Origin: Nitrospinaceae bacterium
GTDB lineage: Bacteria > Nitrospinota > Nitrospinia > Nitrospinales > Nitrospinaceae
NCBI GenBank assembly: GCA_965223665.1
Contig: OZ245011.1
Coordinates: forward strand, 576,001 to 640,000
DNA length: 64,000 nt
Direction of reading: 5' to 3'
Shown: piece after piece, positions 17,046 through 27,978 of the stretch
How positions within the stretch are numbered: position 1 is the first letter of the stretch
How the letters are laid out: every line of letters begins with the position of its first letter
Translations under genes and position numbers: made by a program
Notes under the pieces: model-generated
Seen by the model: the letters and a program-made list of their open reading frames with translations, nothing else
Databases searched by the model: none
What the model was told of the DNA's origin: nothing

Positions 17046-18293
17046 TTATTCAACATTAATAAAACAAAGAGCTTTTCTTACCAATTCTATTGCTTCTTGA
17101 CGGTTATTTGCTTGTTTGTTTGGTGTTTTTAGATTGTCAATCATCGGAATTAAATAGTCTGCTTTAACTCCCCAGTTTACGCTCTGGGGTAACGTCCCCG
17201 TTTTCTCTATAAAATTAGCTACCGCAGCAGTTGATGCAACAACACCTACAACGCTGCCATCATCTGTAACTATTGGTCCTCCAGAATTCCCCGGATGAAC
17301 TGGAGTAGATATTTGAATGTAAGAAGCATCATTTTGAAATCCAGACATTGAATTAATTACTCCTTCAGAAAACTTTACGTCACTCCCAAGGATGCTTGTT
17401 ACCGGGAACCCCATAGTAAAAACGGGAGTTCCAAGCGAAACAGTTTTAGCCGATACAAGTTGCAGGAAGTCCGGGGTTTTGCTTTGGATTTTCAAAACTG
17501 CTAAGTCATTTGCTGGGGAAGATTTTATTATTTTTGCTTCCTCGAAGCTCCTTCCATAAAGTTTGACTTTAATGCTTTTGCTTTTCTTTATAACGTGATA
17601 ACTCGTGACTAACTGACCATCTCCACTGATGGCAAAACAAGTTCCTGAGCTAACAATTTTTGTGGAGGGGGTTGCTGATGATTGAGGGTTTTTCAAGGAC
17701 AGTCTTATTTGGGAAGCTAGTTGATATATTTGTTCGCTTATTTGATTAGAAGCTCCTACAAAAGCATCCTCCCAAGCAAGGTTGGATATCTGAGTTACGG
17801 GAGTCTCTTTGAACCCTTTTATTATTTGGTAGTAGATTGTATCGTTTGATGTAGAATTAATGATTGCTAGGCCAAGTTTTAACCTGACGTAAATATGATC
17901 TGGTCCCGATGCATCGGTAAAGGCTTCAAGTATTTCTGTTTTTATGGTTAACTTGGATTTTCCCTCGATAATTCCTGACGCAGCGAAATTTTGCCTGACA
18001 ATATTTTCAAATAAGCCACTTAAATCACCTGTCGTGCCTACATTGGCAGTTACCATCATGAGTTTATTTCTGGCGACTCCCAATCTGTTCTTTTCTGGGC
18101 GTGAATCAAGAATTGGAGAAAACCGAACATGGAGCTTTCCTGTAAGTTTTTCTCTAGGGAAAGCAATCCTCTGACCAACAATGTCTATATTGACATCTCG
18201 TGAAACAAAAGCACATCCATCAATCAATAAAATTGAAAAAAGCAAACCTAATATATACATCCTTAAAGAATTATTTAACTTAACTTTTTCCAT
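17046..18293 (-). CDS. Lipoprotein with YajG-like N-terminal domain fused to a trypsin-like (S1C) serine protease
   Basis: Lipobox-like IDGC; SGTCF, TSYHVI, DLAVLK, HPGNSGGP catalytic motifs. Confidence 0.85.
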   Translation of the reverse strand: MEKVKLNNSLRMYILGLLFSILLIDGCAFVSRDVNIDIVGQRIAFPREKLTGKLHVRFSPILDSRPEKNRLGVARNKLMMVTANVGTTGDLSGLFENIVRQNFAASGIIEGKSKLTIKTEILEAFTDASGPDHIYVRLKLGLAIINSTSNDTIYYQIIKGFKETPVTQISNLAWEDAFVGASNQISEQIYQLASQIRLSLKNPQSSATPSTKIVSSGTCFAISGDGQLVTSYHVIKKSKSIKVKLYGRSFEEAKIIKSSPANDLAVLKIQSKTPDFLQLVSAKTVSLGTPVFTMGFPVTSILGSDVKFSEGVINSMSGFQNDASYIQISTPVHPGNSGGPIVTDDGSVVGVVASTAAVANFIEKTGTLPQSVNWGVKADYLIPMIDNLKTPNKQANNRQEAIELVRKALCFINVE

Positions 18294-18433
18294 TCATTTA
18301 CCAAACTTTTTGATGTCGGTTCCTTTTTTCGCCATTTTGCCTAAAGATACATTATATTGGGTGATTTGTGTAGGGATGGCGGGCATCGGGTAAAAAAAGA
18401 GCAGGCGATGTAACTAGGGTATTTCTTTCAAAG

Positions 18434-18454
18434 TGCTACCCAATTTGCTACCCA
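18434..18454. repeat. TGCTACCCA direct repeat next to tRNA 3' end (integrase arm-type site-like)
   Basis: tgctaccca-att-tgctaccca about 47 bp from the tRNA CCA end. Confidence 0.55.
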
Positions 18455-18500
18455 TAGGGAAGTTTGCTTGGCGAGGGTTTCTATAAATTATTGATTTTAA

Positions 18501-18577
18501 TGGTCGGGATGAGTGGATTTGAACCACCGACCCCTTCGTCCCGAACGAAGTGCGCTGCCAGACTGCGCTACATCCCG
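18501..18577 (-). tRNA. tRNA-Pro (CGG)
   Basis: Reverse complement CGGGATGTAGCGCAGTCTGGCAGCGCACTTCGTTCGGGACGAAGGGGTCGGTGGTTCAAATCCACTCATCCCGACCA: cloverleaf, anticodon CGG, encoded CCA. Confidence 0.97.
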
Positions 18578-18610
18578 ATTTACTTTGGGTAATTCCAAAT
18601 AAAAATAGAA

Positions 18611-18796
18611 TTATTTATCCCAAACGTAGCGGTTAATACTTTCTGATGTAAATGACTGGTTCGTTACATTGCGACTAACGTCTTTAGATTTCTTACACTT
18701 GGGACAATTAATTTCTTTGTTGCCAACCTCAGAAATCTTCATTTCTACAACAAAGTCGTGACTGCATTTTTTGCAAGTATGGTCATACTGTGGCAT
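18611..18796 (-). CDS. FmdB-family zinc-ribbon protein
   Basis: MPQYDHTCKKC...CPKC. Confidence 0.8.
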   Translation of the reverse strand: MPQYDHTCKKCSHDFVVEMKISEVGNKEINCPKCKKSKDVSRNVTNQSFTSESINRYVWDK

Positions 18797-18880
18797 AAAT
18801 TTCCTCGAAAAAACCTCAGCATACAAAACTCTAAACTGTATTTCAATGTATATACACAGACTTGAAATAACCCCAATAAA

Positions 18881-19615
18881 TCAAGATTTTACAGCTACCC
18901 AACCGGCAAAATTAAACCATTTAAAAAACAGTTCGACCTTATTAAACCCGGCTTTTTTCAATAGGTTAAAATTCTTATCGGCGGTCAAGGGAACCAATAC
19001 ATTTTCCAAGGCCTCCCGTTTTCGAGAAATTTCCATTCGAGAGTAACCTTGTTTCTGTTTAAACTTTTCGTATTGGTTAACATAAGTTGCCTCTAAATCA
19101 GGTTCGTTGGGAAGGACTTTTTCAATTAAAATAAGACCACCTTTAGAGTTTAAATTTTTATGTATTTTTTTCAGGAGGGAAGGGCGACCTTTTGGTCTGA
19201 CGAATTGTAAAGTGTAATTTAGAATAACTACGCTTGTGTTTTCTATAGGGAAGTTACTTTCCAGGTTACTTTCAATGAACTCACACTGATCCAAGTGATC
19301 TTTTAATTTTCTTTTAGCTTTTTTTAACATTGGTAAGGAATTATCTATACCAACAAAATGAGCATTGTTTTTTTTAGGAAATGCTTGGGCTAGTTGCTTG
19401 ATTAATGTTCCCGTTGAACACCCTAAATCATAGACGGTAGTGTTCGGTTGATGGAGTTCCCTTGAAAGTTCAATTACCATCCTTTGACTTTCTTTGTAAA
19501 GCGGAATGCTTCTTTCGAGCATATTATCGAAAACACGAGCTACAGATTCGTCAAATTTGAAAACGGAGGGTGGATTGGTTCGATTAAATAAGTCGTCTTT
19601 TTTCCTGGGAGACAT
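18881..19615 (-). CDS. cmoA: Carboxy-S-adenosyl-L-methionine synthase
   Basis: FKFDESVARVFDNMLERSIPLY, YDLGCSTG, NYTLQF, EISRKREALENV. Confidence 0.92.
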   Translation of the reverse strand: MSPRKKDDLFNRTNPPSVFKFDESVARVFDNMLERSIPLYKESQRMVIELSRELHQPNTTVYDLGCSTGTLIKQLAQAFPKKNNAHFVGIDNSLPMLKKAKRKLKDHLDQCEFIESNLESNFPIENTSVVILNYTLQFVRPKGRPSLLKKIHKNLNSKGGLILIEKVLPNEPDLEATYVNQYEKFKQKQGYSRMEISRKREALENVLVPLTADKNFNLLKKAGFNKVELFFKWFNFAGWVAVKS

Positions 19616-19683
19616 GAGGGAAGATTTTTATAAAAAATTAAAATTGTCGGGTTTTATGTTGAGCCCGAAAAATTAAAAAGCAA

Positions 19684-21243
19684 CTAAGGCCCTTCAATGG
19701 AACTTCCCTCGACTGGGCCTGATTTAGGATTAATCAAAAGTTTATTAACCGCATTGACATAAGCTTCCCCGCTAGCTTCAATGGTATTAACTCCTGTCCC
19801 TTTCCCTAAAATTTCGCGGTTTTCGTATAATACGCGGACAGTGACTTCTCCTTGTGCATCTTTACCTTTAGTTTTTGACATTACTTGATAATCGAGTAGT
19901 TTACAAGTCATACCGGTTATTTTATCAATCGCATTATAGATTGCATCAATGGGCCCATCTCCATTACCTTGCGCAGAATGTTCATTTCCATCACGGCTTT
20001 TCAGAATAACTGAGGCTTGAGGCATGATTCCGCTTTCGAAAGAGCCTTCAATTTTTATCAGGGAGTATGTATTTAGATCTTCGTCTGTGAATTTTCTTTT
20101 TTGAATAAGTGCAATTATATCCTCATCAAATACTTCCTTTTTTTCATCAGCCAATACTTTAAAATCAGAGAACACTTCATCAAGTTCGTCCGTGGAAATT
20201 TGGAAACCCATTTGCGAAATTTTTTTTGAAAGTGCGTTTCGTCCCGAATGTTTGCCCATCACCAACTCTGAACTATCCAATCCGATATCATTGGGATTCA
20301 TTATCTCGTATGTATCTTTCTTTTTAAGGAACCCATCTTGGTGAACTCCCGATTCATGGGCGAATGCATTTTTTCCCACAATGGCTTTGTTGCGTTGGAC
20401 AAAAAACCCTGTTAGGCTGCTAACAAGTCGACTGCAGGCCATAATATGTTTTGTATCTATATCTGAATGAATTCCAAAAAAATCCTTTCGTGTTTTTAAT
20501 GCCATGACAATTTCTTCCATAGCAGCATTTCCGGCTCGTTCACCAATTCCGTTAATTGTGCATTCTACTTGCCGGGCTCCCGCCTTGATTGCTGCTAAGG
20601 AATTTGCTACGGCCAAACCCAAATCGTTGTGGCAGTGAACACTAATAACGGCTTGTTCAATATTTCGAACTTGTTCCTTTAAAAATCGAATTAAATTTGA
20701 AAACTGCTCTGGTACAGAATATCCCACTGTATCGGGAATATTCACCGTAGAAGCTCCTGCATCAATAACGGCTTCTACAACTTCCGCCAGGAAATCCTGC
20801 TCAGTTCTTGAAGCATCTTCGGGTGAAAATTCTATGTCATCACAAAATTTTTTGCCGAACTTAATAGCTTCAACAGCCATTTTAATTACTTCGCTTTTGT
20901 CTTTTTGAAGTTTAAAATCGCGGTGTGTTTTGGAAGTAGAAAGAAAGATATGTATTCTAGGTTTATCTGCTTTTTCCAAAGCCCGTGCTGCTGCCGAAAT
21001 ATCTTTCTCCAATGCTCTTGCTAACCCAGCGACAGAGGATCCTTTAATTTCATTGGCAATTTGTTGCACCGATTCAAAGTCACCCGGAGAAGCAATTGGA
21101 AAACCTGCTTCAATCACATCCACTTTTAATAGAGCCAATTGCCTGGCAATTTCGAGTTTTTCCTTGTTGTTCATACTGGCTCCAGGACACTGCTCACCGT
21201 CCCTTAAAGTGGTATCAAATATTATAAGTTTTTCTGACGACAT
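19684..21243 (-). CDS. leuA: 2-isopropylmalate synthase
   Basis: [40 protein letters not shown]-terminal regulatory domain GDGPIDA. Confidence 0.95.
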   Translation of the reverse strand: MSSEKLIIFDTTLRDGEQCPGASMNNKEKLEIARQLALLKVDVIEAGFPIASPGDFESVQQIANEIKGSSVAGLARALEKDISAAARALEKADKPRIHIFLSTSKTHRDFKLQKDKSEVIKMAVEAIKFGKKFCDDIEFSPEDASRTEQDFLAEVVEAVIDAGASTVNIPDTVGYSVPEQFSNLIRFLKEQVRNIEQAVISVHCHNDLGLAVANSLAAIKAGARQVECTINGIGERAGNAAMEEIVMALKTRKDFFGIHSDIDTKHIMACSRLVSSLTGFFVQRNKAIVGKNAFAHESGVHQDGFLKKKDTYEIMNPNDIGLDSSELVMGKHSGRNALSKKISQMGFQISTDELDEVFSDFKVLADEKKEVFDEDIIALIQKRKFTDEDLNTYSLIKIEGSFESGIMPQASVILKSRDGNEHSAQGNGDGPIDAIYNAIDKITGMTCKLLDYQVMSKTKGKDAQGEVTVRVLYENREILGKGTGVNTIEASGEAYVNAVNKLLINPKSGPVEGSSIEGP

Positions 21244-21292
21244 AAATGTAAAGTTTGAAAATATGGTTTAATTCTTAAGGATTTGCCTGAAT

Positions 21293-22234
21293 TTATTCAT
21301 TTGATAGACCAACATCCTTGGCGTTTATAATCTCATATCTTTCGTCTTTGGCAAACCCATTTTGAAAAACATTCGAGTCATAATTTAAAGCATTTTCCCC
21401 AACAATGGGTTTATTTGTGGGAATTGAAAACCCCATTAATGTACTGACTAAATCACAAGATGCTTTAATGAGTTCTGTTTTAATTTGCAATTGAGTATCA
21501 AAGTAAGGTTTATGAATTAATTGGGCCATGACAACTTCTTCCAGGGCTGCATTCCCGGCGCGTTCCCCAATTCCATTAAGAGTGCATTCGACTTGGTTTG
21601 CTCCAGTTTTTATAGCAGCTAAGGAATTGGCGACTGCTAATCCCAAGTCATTGTGGCAGTGAACACTTATAATAAGGTCGCTATCTATTTTTTTAATTTT
21701 TCGAATTAGTTGACCGAATTGATCAGGCATTGCATATCCCAGAGTATCAGAAATATTAATTATTCTGACTCCCTCATTTACAGCGACTTGGACCATTTGC
21801 AATAAAACCGATTCAGGAATGCGTGTAGCATTATGGGGTGAAAATTGTATTTCCGAAAAATAGTTTTTTGCTATTTGGATTCCTGAACTGATTTTGTTAA
21901 ACAAATCATTTGGATTGGTATTAGATAATGAAGCAAATAAATGTATGCGAGGTTTTTTTGCTGATTCAAGAGCTTTTGCTGTCAATTCGATATCCGTTTT
22001 GTTTATCCGAGATAAACTACAAAGGATAGTGTTTTTAATTTTTTTGGAGATATTTTTAATTGTATTGAAATCATCTTCTCCTGCCGCTGCAAATCCTGCC
22101 TCAATAACATCAACCTGCAACTCTGCCAGTTGTTGTGCAATACGAAGTTTATCATTTAAAGGGAGAAGGGTATCCAGCGATTTAAGACCGTCTCTTAATG
22201 TTGTATCTAAAATATATACTCGGTTGGAATTCAT
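21293..22234 (-). CDS. Truncated, divergent LeuA-like (DRE-TIM barrel only) paralogue
   Basis: [30 protein letters not shown]; ends at YEII..DVGL without subdomain II or regulatory domain. Confidence 0.8.
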   Translation of the reverse strand: MNSNRVYILDTTLRDGLKSLDTLLPLNDKLRIAQQLAELQVDVIEAGFAAAGEDDFNTIKNISKKIKNTILCSLSRINKTDIELTAKALESAKKPRIHLFASLSNTNPNDLFNKISSGIQIAKNYFSEIQFSPHNATRIPESVLLQMVQVAVNEGVRIINISDTLGYAMPDQFGQLIRKIKKIDSDLIISVHCHNDLGLAVANSLAAIKTGANQVECTLNGIGERAGNAALEEVVMAQLIHKPYFDTQLQIKTELIKASCDLVSTLMGFSIPTNKPIVGENALNYDSNVFQNGFAKDERYEIINAKDVGLSNE

Positions 22235-22254
22235 GATAGAGGTAAATTAAATAA

Positions 22255-22890
22255 TTAATCAATGGCACTTAAAACTTTGAAACCTGCCTTTTCAATTTTT
22301 TTTACTACATTTTTGGTTTCGCAAAGGTCTACTCGAAAAAAATAAACCTGCTTTTTGGGGTCCTTTTCATATGGAGACATTCCAACACTTATGATGTTCA
22401 TATTTTCTTTATTTAAAATACCGGAGACTTTTTCAAAATTTTTTGGGTCTTTTCCCATAATTACATCGATTCGAGAACTTGATGAAAGAATTCCCATTAA
22501 ATCAACGAAAATCCCCAATATATCCATTATTGAAATTATTCCCACCAGACGATTTCTTCTTACTACTGGAAGAGCCCCAATTTTATTTTTGTAAATGACC
22601 AAAGCGGCATCTTCTACATGCGTTTCAGGAAAAACAACCATAGGATTATGAGTCATATAATCTGAAATTTTCATTTTTGAAGGATCCAGGACTCTTACCT
22701 TTTTATTTGACCTCTCATCTAAAAAAGCACCTCTAATATCGCTTTCTGTAATGATCCCTAATAATTCATGCCCTTCCACTACTGGCAAGTGCCGAATAGA
22801 ATTTTCTACCATTAATTCCTGGGCCCGTTTTATGGTTTCATTTGCTTTTACTGCCAGCGGTTTAGGAGTCATTACCTCGCTTACTATCAT
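22255..22890 (-). CDS. CBS-pair plus ACT-domain protein (AcuB-like)
   Basis: Two CBS repeats (IRHLPVV, IGALPVV) plus C-terminal ACT-like segment; GGAGG RBS. Confidence 0.85.
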   Translation of the reverse strand: MIVSEVMTPKPLAVKANETIKRAQELMVENSIRHLPVVEGHELLGIITESDIRGAFLDERSNKKVRVLDPSKMKISDYMTHNPMVVFPETHVEDAALVIYKNKIGALPVVRRNRLVGIISIMDILGIFVDLMGILSSSSRIDVIMGKDPKNFEKVSGILNKENMNIISVGMSPYEKDPKKQVYFFRVDLCETKNVVKKIEKAGFKVLSAID

Positions 22891-23339
22891 TTTTACCTCC
22901 AGTTGGCTCTGAGTGGGTTTTCTTTGTTTTTTGTTGACTTAGAAGATTAGTAGTAAAAGAAGTGGTTATTTCACTGCCGCAATATTTTGCCTTAACTATA
23001 ATGTTTAACAAATCTTAGAGAGAAAATATACTGCTAATTCTCTATTTAGATGGAAGCCATTGTTCATAAGATTGCTATGATTTTCAAAATGAGTTCGGAT
23101 AAAATAAATTAGCTTTTTCTAAAAAATCCATTTATATTCCTTTGAAATCAATTGAAATTTCTATAGATAATTGTTTCCTCTCTTTTGAGATCAAGAATCT
23201 AATTAAGATTTTTCAGGATTGCAGTTTACTGACTTCCTTTCTGTAATCTATTGTATAATTAGTATCTATTTTTATGTAAAAAATTTATATAAAAATGAAT
23301 TGCTGTTTAAAAGTCTAATATAATCAATGGTTAAGCATT

Positions 23340-23355
23340 TGGCACTGGGTTTGCT
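23340..23355 (+). promoter_or_regulatory. Sigma54 (-24/-12) promoter upstream of gltB
   Basis: TGGCAC-TGGGT-TTGCT matches TGGCAC-N5-TTGC(A/T), 81 bp before the ATG. Confidence 0.7.
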
Positions 23356-23436
23356 TTGAAAGGCTTTTAACATTTTATTTTAAGTATTGATGTAATTGGA
23401 ATTAAAACAAATTCCAATATTTGATAATAATAGAAT

Positions 23437-26400
23437 ATGAAAATTCAAAAATATCCTAAAAAGCAAGGGCTTTATAATCCTCAATTTGAAAAAGAAAACT
23501 GTGGAGTGGGTTTTGTCGCTCACATGAAAGGACGGCAATCCCATGAAATAATAAGGCAGGGTTTGGATTTATTAAATCGTTTGGAACACCGTGGGGCGGT
23601 TGGGGCTGATCCCCTAACAGGAGATGGTGCAGGAATTCTAATCCAAATACCTCATGAATTTTTTAAATTAGAGTGCTCAAAGCTTGGAATTACTCTTCCT
23701 GACAAAGGGCAATATGGGACAGGTTTGGTTTTCCTTCCTAAGGATAGTGAGAAAGCTACCTTATTAATGGATATATTTAAGCAAGTTACAACCCGCGAAG
23801 GGTTGGATTTGCTTGGATGGCGTAAAGTCCCAGTGGATAACACAAAAATTGGCCAAACTGCAAGAGATGTAGAGCCTGATATTCGGCAAATATTTATTGG
23901 GTCCAAAGGAATTATGGATCAGGAATTATTTGAGAGAAAATTATATATTGTCCGGAAACAAGCTGGCCAGGCAATTAGGGCTTCTGGGTTGGCCGAGCTT
24001 TATGAGTCTTATTATATTTGTAGCTTGTCCAGTAAGACTTTTATTTATAAAGGACAATTAATGGCTCCTCAGGTGGCTGATTATTATCTTGATATTAAGG
24101 ATCCTCAACTGAAATCTGCCTTGGCTTTGGTGCATTCACGATACAGTACGAATACCTTTCCTTCATGGGGAAGAGCCCAACCTATGAGGATGATAGCTCA
24201 TAATGGAGAAATCAACACCATTCGTGGAAACAACAATTGGATGGTTGCGCGTGAGTCTATGTTTGCCAGTGATCTCTATGATGATGTAGAAAAAATACTT
24301 CCGGTAATTCCGCCCGGTGGTAGTGATTCCGCAGATTTTGACCAAGCTTTAGAATTTTTAGTTCAATGTGGACGCTCCTTACCACACGCTGTAATGATGA
24401 TGATTCCTGAACCATGGAGTGGTCATGAAACGATGGACCAGGATAAGCGAGGTTTTTTTGAATACCATGCTTCTATGATGGAACCCTGGGATGGGCCCGC
24501 TTCAATTACCTTCACAGATGGAAATGTTATTGGAGCAGTATTGGATAGAAATGGTTTACGACCTTCTCGTTATATTGTTACCGATACTGATTTGGTGGTT
24601 ATGGCGTCGGAGGTGGGAGTTCTTCCAATTGATGAAGCTCGAATTATTAAAAAAGGAAGGTTGCAACCGGGGCGAATGTTTTTTGTGGACCTTAAAGAAG
24701 GAAGGATTGTTTCTGATCAAGAAATCAAATCTCAATTAGCAACGAGAAAACCCTACAAACAATGGGTAAAAGACAATCAAGTCAACTTAGAAGATATCCC
24801 TGACCCAAAAAAATCAGAGAAAATTGTTGATGATCTTACCTTGCAACAACTGGCATTTGGATATACTCAAGAGGATAAAAAAATTATTTTGGCTCCCATG
24901 ATAGAGAATGGACAAGAAGCGACAGGATCTATGGGAAATGATGTTCCTCTTGCCGTAAGATCTGAAAAATCTCAATTACTTTTCAATTACTTTAAACAGC
25001 TCTTTGCTCAAGTGACTAATCCCGCGATTGATTCCATACGCGAGGAATTAGTAATGTCCATGGAAGTTACCCTTGGTAGAGAAAGAAATTTGCTTTCTGA
25101 ATCTCCTGAACATTGTCGGAAACTTCGAGTAAAAAATCCGATTTTAACTCCAAATGATTTTTTTAAAATTCAGTCGATAGATCAACCAGATTTAAGAACA
25201 GTCACTCTCTCTTTATTATTTCCAGTTTCAGAGGGAGAGGATGGGATGGAAAAAGCTTTAGAAAAGATTTGCAATCAGGCTTCCGATGCAATTGAAAATG
25301 GCAATACTATTTTAATTCTTTCAGATCGTGGAGTGGATGAAAATCAGGCAACTATTCCCAGTCTATTGGCAACTGCGGCGGTTCATCACCATTTACTTCG
25401 AGAAAGGACCAGGACCAATGTTGGAATTGTGGTTGAAACGGGAGAAGCCAAAGAAATGATGCATTTTGCTTTGCTTATTGGTTATGGAGCGGGTGCCATT
25501 TACCCATATCTTGCTTATGAAACTATTGCTGAAATGATCAAGGAAAAAATTTTTGTGAATGGTACAACTCTGGATTCAGCCATTCAAAATTTTGTTAAGT
25601 CGACTAAAAAGGGTCTCTACAAAATTATTGCAAAAATGGGTATTTCAACCATTCAAAGTTATCGAGGTGCGCAAATATTTGAAGCTGTCGGCCTTAATGA
25701 TTCTGTGATTGATAAATTTTTCACGGGTACACCTTCGCGTATCAGTGGGGTAGGGCTAGAAACTCTTGCCCGAGAGGTATTAGCCCGACATAAGAATGCT
25801 TTTCACCGCACCAAAATATTAAAACCCATTTTAGAAGCAGGTGGGTTTTATCATTGGCGTCGTGGAGAAGAAAAGCATATGATTAGCCCTCCTTTAGTGG
25901 CAATGCTGCAACACTCTACTCGATCAAACGATTATTCGACCTATAAAAAGTTTTCAAAATATTCTGATGACCAAAGCACGCGTGATTGTACCTTGCGAGG
26001 TTTGTTTAAGTTTAAAGATTCTAATTCTATTCCTATTGATGAAGTTGAGTCTGTAGAGAATATTACTAAAAGGTTTTGTACTGGCGCCATGTCTATTGGA
26101 TCTATATCTCGGGAAGCTCATGAAACTTTGGCTATAGCAATGAACCGCCTTGGTGGTAGAAGTAATACCGGGGAAGGTGGTGAAGATCCTGTTCGTTATA
26201 TTCCAGATGAAAATGGAGACTTACGAAGAAGTTCTATTAAGCAAGTTGCTTCTGGTCGATTTGGGGTTAACAGTTTCTATTTAGCTAATTCCGATGAGCT
26301 TCAAATAAAAATTTCTCAAGGCGCTAAACCTGGTGAAGGAGGCCAACTTCCGGGGCATAAAGTTTCTGAATATATTGCAAAGATTCGGAATTCAACTCCT

Positions 26401-27978
26401 GGAGTGGGTCTGATATCACCACCGCCCCATCATGATATTTACTCAATTGAAGATTTACAGCAATTAATATTTGATTTACATAATGCTAATCCTAATGCAG
26501 GAGTAAGCGTTAAATTGGTTGCTGAGGCGGGAGTTGGTACCATTGCAGCAGGTGTTTCAAAGGCCCGAGCTGAAGGTGTTTTGATTTCTGGACACGATGG
26601 GGGAACAGGAGCGTCTCCTCAAACTTCTATAAAGCATGCGGGTTTACCCTGGGAATTAGGTCTTTCAGAAACTCAACAAATTTTGGTGATGAATGATTTA
26701 AGGGGCCGGATAAGGGTTCAAGTGGATGGTCAACTAAAAACGGGTCGAGATGTTGTTATTGGAGCTTTGCTTGGAGCAGATGAATTCGGGTTTTCAACTG
26801 CGCCCTTAATAACTATGGGTTGTATTATGATGCGCAAATGCCATTTAAATACTTGTTCTGTTGGTGTTGCCACGCAAGATCCAGAGCTCAGAAAAAAGTT
26901 TACCGGTAAAGCAGAATATGTTGTGAATTATTTTAAATTTATTGCTCAAGAAGTTCGGGAGATTATGGCGCAATTAGGATTTAAAAAATTTGATGAAATG
27001 ATAGGCCGGTCTGAATATCTTGAGGTAAGTGATGCTATTAATCATTGGAAAACCAAGGGGCTAGACTTTTCTAAGATACTTTACAAGGTAGAAGCTGGCT
27101 CTGAAGTTGCAATTCGAAATATAACCAAGCAAGATCTTAGTGGGGATATTGGAGATTGTTTGGATCGAAAATTAATTGTGGATTGTGAAAATGCTTTAGA
27201 AAATAGGGAACCCGTTGATTTAAATTATAATATTGGAAATGAAGATCGTGCCACCGGGGCTATGCTAAGTTATGAAATCTCGAAAAAACACGGAGAGGCC
27301 GGGTTACCTGATGAAACCATTAAAATTGGGTTTAAAGGGTCGGCGGGCCAAAGTTTTGGAGCTTTCCTAGCTTCTGGAGTGACTTTTACTTTGCGTGGAG
27401 ATGCTAATGATTATGTGGGCAAAGGACTTTCTGGCGGACAGATTGTTGTTTTTCCTCCAGAAGAATCACAGATTATCCCTGAAGAAAATATATTAGTAGG
27501 AAATGTAGCGCTATATGGAGCAACCAAAGGAAAAGTATTTTTAAGAGGTATCGCTGGTGAAAGATTTGCAGTGCGCAACAGTGGAAGTCAAGCCGTGGTG
27601 GAAGGGGTCGGTGATCATGGTTGCGAATATATGACGGGGGGAATTGTTGTTGTATTAGGGAAAACAGGAAGAAACTTTGCGGCCGGGATGAGTGGTGGAA
27701 TTGCTTATGTTTTTGATGAAGCGAATCAATTTCCAATTCATTGTAATCAGAGCATTGTTGATTTATTACCTGTGAAAGAAGATGTGGATATTGAATTGTT
27801 GAAAAGAATGATTCAAGAACATAAGGAATTGACAGGGAGTTCAGTAGCGAAAACCATATTGTTGAATTGGGAAACGATGCTATCAAAATTTATAAAAGTA
27901 TATCCAAAGGATTATAGGCGGGTAATCGAAGAAAGAAAACGTAAAGAAGAACAGAAATCTTTAGAAGAGGTGGCTTAA
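23437..27978 (+). CDS. gltB: Glutamate synthase large subunit
   Basis: CGVGF N-terminal nucleophile, [47 protein letters not shown] domain. Confidence 0.97.
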   Translation: MKIQKYPKKQGLYNPQFEKENCGVGFVAHMKGRQSHEIIRQGLDLLNRLEHRGAVGADPLTGDGAGILIQIPHEFFKLECSKLGITLPDKGQYGTGLVFLPKDSEKATLLMDIFKQVTTREGLDLLGWRKVPVDNTKIGQTARDVEPDIRQIFIGSKGIMDQELFERKLYIVRKQAGQAIRASGLAELYESYYICSLSSKTFIYKGQLMAPQVADYYLDIKDPQLKSALALVHSRYSTNTFPSWGRAQPMRMIAHNGEINTIRGNNNWMVARESMFASDLYDDVEKILPVIPPGGSDSADFDQALEFLVQCGRSLPHAVMMMIPEPWSGHETMDQDKRGFFEYHASMMEPWDGPASITFTDGNVIGAVLDRNGLRPSRYIVTDTDLVVMASEVGVLPIDEARIIKKGRLQPGRMFFVDLKEGRIVSDQEIKSQLATRKPYKQWVKDNQVNLEDIPDPKKSEKIVDDLTLQQLAFGYTQEDKKIILAPMIENGQEATGSMGNDVPLAVRSEKSQLLFNYFKQLFAQVTNPAIDSIREELVMSMEVTLGRERNLLSESPEHCRKLRVKNPILTPNDFFKIQSIDQPDLRTVTLSLLFPVSEGEDGMEKALEKICNQASDAIENGNTILILSDRGVDENQATIPSLLATAAVHHHLLRERTRTNVGIVVETGEAKEMMHFALLIGYGAGAIYPYLAYETIAEMIKEKIFVNGTTLDSAIQNFVKSTKKGLYKIIAKMGISTIQSYRGAQIFEAVGLNDSVIDKFFTGTPSRISGVGLETLAREVLARHKNAFHRTKILKPILEAGGFYHWRRGEEKHMISPPLVAMLQHSTRSNDYSTYKKFSKYSDDQSTRDCTLRGLFKFKDSNSIPIDEVESVENITKRFCTGAMSIGSISREAHETLAIAMNRLGGRSNTGEGGEDPVRYIPDENGDLRRSSIKQVASGRFGVNSFYLANSDELQIKISQGAKPGEGGQLPGHKVSEYIAKIRNSTPGVGLISPPPHHDIYSIEDLQQLIFDLHNANPNAGVSVKLVAEAGVGTIAAGVSKARAEGVLISGHDGGTGASPQTSIKHAGLPWELGLSETQQILVMNDLRGRIRVQVDGQLKTGRDVVIGALLGADEFGFSTAPLITMGCIMMRKCHLNTCSVGVATQDPELRKKFTGKAEYVVNYFKFIAQEVREIMAQLGFKKFDEMIGRSEYLEVSDAINHWKTKGLDFSKILYKVEAGSEVAIRNITKQDLSGDIGDCLDRKLIVDCENALENREPVDLNYNIGNEDRATGAMLSYEISKKHGEAGLPDETIKIGFKGSAGQSFGAFLASGVTFTLRGDANDYVGKGLSGGQIVVFPPEESQIIPEENILVGNVALYGATKGKVFLRGIAGERFAVRNSGSQAVVEGVGDHGCEYMTGGIVVVLGKTGRNFAAGMSGGIAYVFDEANQFPIHCNQSIVDLLPVKEDVDIELLKRMIQEHKELTGSSVAKTILLNWETMLSKFIKVYPKDYRRVIEERKRKEEQKSLEEVA

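Larger units (their letters stand above)
1..18500. mobile_element. Putative genomic island integrated at the 3' end of tRNA-Pro; left boundary and integrase lie outside the window
   Basis: Only accessory, defence and secreted-protein genes, with patchy GC and mixed orientation; ends at the tRNA 3' end; housekeeping genes start on the other side of the tRNA. Confidence 0.65.
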
